A stretch of 15,957 nucleotides of DNA from the NCBI GenBank assembly GCA_016838845.1, contig JAEHKV010000156.1, positions 1-15,957 on the forward strand, given 5' to 3'. Each line of letters opens with the position of its first letter. The stretch's first letter is position 1. The translations under genes were made by a program, and so were the position numbers. Shown here piece by piece: positions 14,647 through 15,957 of this stretch. The stretch comes from Nitrosopumilales archaeon (lineage in GTDB: Archaea > Thermoproteota > Nitrososphaeria > Nitrososphaerales > Nitrosopumilaceae). The notes beneath the pieces were generated by a model that worked only from the letters and a program-made list of their open reading frames with translations, was not told the origin of the DNA and made no database searches.

Positions 14647-15957
14647 ATGTCCATATTTGTTAATAGAACCAAAGTTCTGAAGATTTCTCTTTTTGCAATA
14701 CTTTCGGCTTTTGTAGTGGAATTTGTTTTTGGGGTTTTCACAAATAGTTTAGCGCTTGTTACAGATAGTATTCATGCACTCTTAGATTGTGTTGTGACGA
14801 TTGTTTTGTTAGTAGCTGCAAAAATGGCGATCAAACCTCCTGATGCTGAACACACCTATGGACATGGAAAGGTTGAATCACTTGGTGGTTTGATTGGAGG
14901 AATAGCGATATTGCTAATTGCTGGATTTTTTATTTATGAATCAATTAATAGAATTCAGAGTCCGCCTCCAACTCTATTACCTGGTCTTATTGCCTTAACT
15001 GCTGGATTTTACACCATAGGTGTCGATGTTTTTAGAATCATCCTTCTAAGGAAATCTATCAAAAAAATAGGAGGCACCACGCTTAAAGCTGATTATTACC
15101 ACGCGTTCATGGATTTTGGGTCTACAATGATCGCAATCGTTGGAATAGCTTTAGTTTCATATGGCTTCTATTTGGGAGATTTCATTGCTGCATTAATTCT
15201 TGGAGTAGTTTTAGCTATTCTAAGTTTGAAGCTAATCTATACAGCTGGAATGGATTTGACAGACATTATTTCTCCTGAATTAGTAAAACAGGCAAGACAA
15301 ATTGTTACAAATACTGAAGGGGTTATAGAACTAGGCCCCATACTAATGCGAAGATCTGGCGATACAGTTTTTGCGGATATAACAATATCATTACGAGCCG
15401 ATGTTAGTTTTGATAAAGCACATGAAATTAGTAACAATGTTGAAACTAACATTAAAAATAAAATTCCAAATGCTGCAATTACAATTCATTTCGAACCAAA
15501 TTGGAAAGGAGTGCCACGAAATTCAAAAGTTAATGATATTGTATCATCTATAGATGGGGTGAAAGAGGTTCATAACATCAGTTCCTACAGTTCAGAAGGA
15601 AAGGTCTATCTTAGTTTACATGTAATGGTTGATCAAAAAATTAATCTTGATTCTGCTCATAAAATTTCTGAAATTATAGAAGATAAGATCCAAAAAGCGA
15701 TACCAGAAACTGAACATGTGACTATACATCTAGAACCATTTGTGACTATTCCTAAAAATCTTAAAGTTGAAAGCAAAAAAACGGGTGAGCAAATAAATAA
15801 ACTACTTAATGAATTTGAAGAAATTAAAAAAATTGGAAGAATTGTTACATTGAATTTTAAAGATGTTTTAAAAATTGATATTGATATTTCGTTTGAAAAG
15901 AACTTGTCAATTGAAGAAGTACATGATTTAACTTCTCAGATTGAGCGAAAAATTCGA
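14647..15957 (+). CDS. Cation diffusion facilitator (CDF) family metal transporter, 3' end beyond the window; three tandem cytoplasmic C-terminal domains
   Basis: My translation from the ATG at 14647 is open for 437 codons to the window edge. It is not in the ORF track because it is open-ended. TM2 reads LVTDSIHALLDCV and TM5 reads ADYYHAFMDFGST, the CDF metal-site H/D-xxx-D pairs. HTYGHGKVE loop. These are followed by three collinear ~75-aa CTD-like repeats. Confidence 0.88.
   Translation, partial: MSIFVNRTKVLKISLFAILSAFVVEFVFGVFTNSLALVTDSIHALLDCVVTIVLLVAAKMAIKPPDAEHTYGHGKVESLGGLIGGIAILLIAGFFIYESINRIQSPPPTLLPGLIALTAGFYTIGVDVFRIILLRKSIKKIGGTTLKADYYHAFMDFGSTMIAIVGIALVSYGFYLGDFIAALILGVVLAILSLKLIYTAGMDLTDIISPELVKQARQIVTNTEGVIELGPILMRRSGDTVFADITISLRADVSFDKAHEISNNVETNIKNKIPNAAITIHFEPNWKGVPRNSKVNDIVSSIDGVKEVHNISSYSSEGKVYLSLHVMVDQKINLDSAHKISEIIEDKIQKAIPETEHVTIHLEPFVTIPKNLKVESKKTGEQINKLLNEFEEIKKIGRIVTLNFKDVLKIDIDISFEKNLSIEEVHDLTSQIERKIR

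Noticed and set aside
14639-14680. Upstream ATG at 14639 giving a 13-codon ORF (MKKCPYLLIEPKF) that overlaps the CDF start in another frame.
   Set aside because: It is too short and unsupported. The ATG at 14647 opens the 437-codon CDF frame with a typical N-terminus. A regulatory uORF cannot be excluded, but nothing supports one.
15237-15452. Minus-strand 71-aa ORF.
   Set aside because: It is antisense within the open-ended CDF transporter ORF.

Overview
AT-rich archaeal chromosome segment, most consistent with a Nitrosopumilus-like ammonia-oxidising archaeon (Nitrososphaerota/Thaumarchaeota). The taxon is inferred from gene content and motifs, with no database search. Layout: (1) rpoH, unsplit rpoB and the start of rpoA1, tightly coupled on the minus strand (1-3787). 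(2) A head-to-tail array of four paralogous secreted proteins ending in PEFG-CTERM-type sorting signals (3960-7505), built from shuffled modules, with near-identical DNA at the sorting-signal and intergenic junctions. (3) Nickel-pincer-nucleotide (NPN) cofactor biosynthesis genes larE-larC (minus) and larB (plus), separated by an LDH-like malate dehydrogenase, with no larA in the window (7530-11375). (4) An orphan 522-aa radical SAM enzyme (11513-13081). (5) A small orphan ORF (13084-13407). (6) A fifth secreted protein that reuses the ~90-aa module of the array but carries a P(EP)14 linker, a Cys-containing segment and a CFI-box-like C-terminal anchor (13461-14453). (7) A CDF metal transporter with a triplicated cytoplasmic domain that runs off the window end (14647-15957). 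I saw no rRNA, tRNA, CRISPR array, transposase or integrase. Most genes have an AT-rich TATA-like box ending 21-27 nt before the start codon, which suggests leaderless or near-leaderless transcripts. The best candidates for under-described biology are the modular PEFG-CTERM/CFI-box surface-protein family and the larA-less lar cluster with mdh in the position larA occupies in Lactobacillus. Every family assignment is motif recognition by eye and needs HMM or BLAST confirmation.
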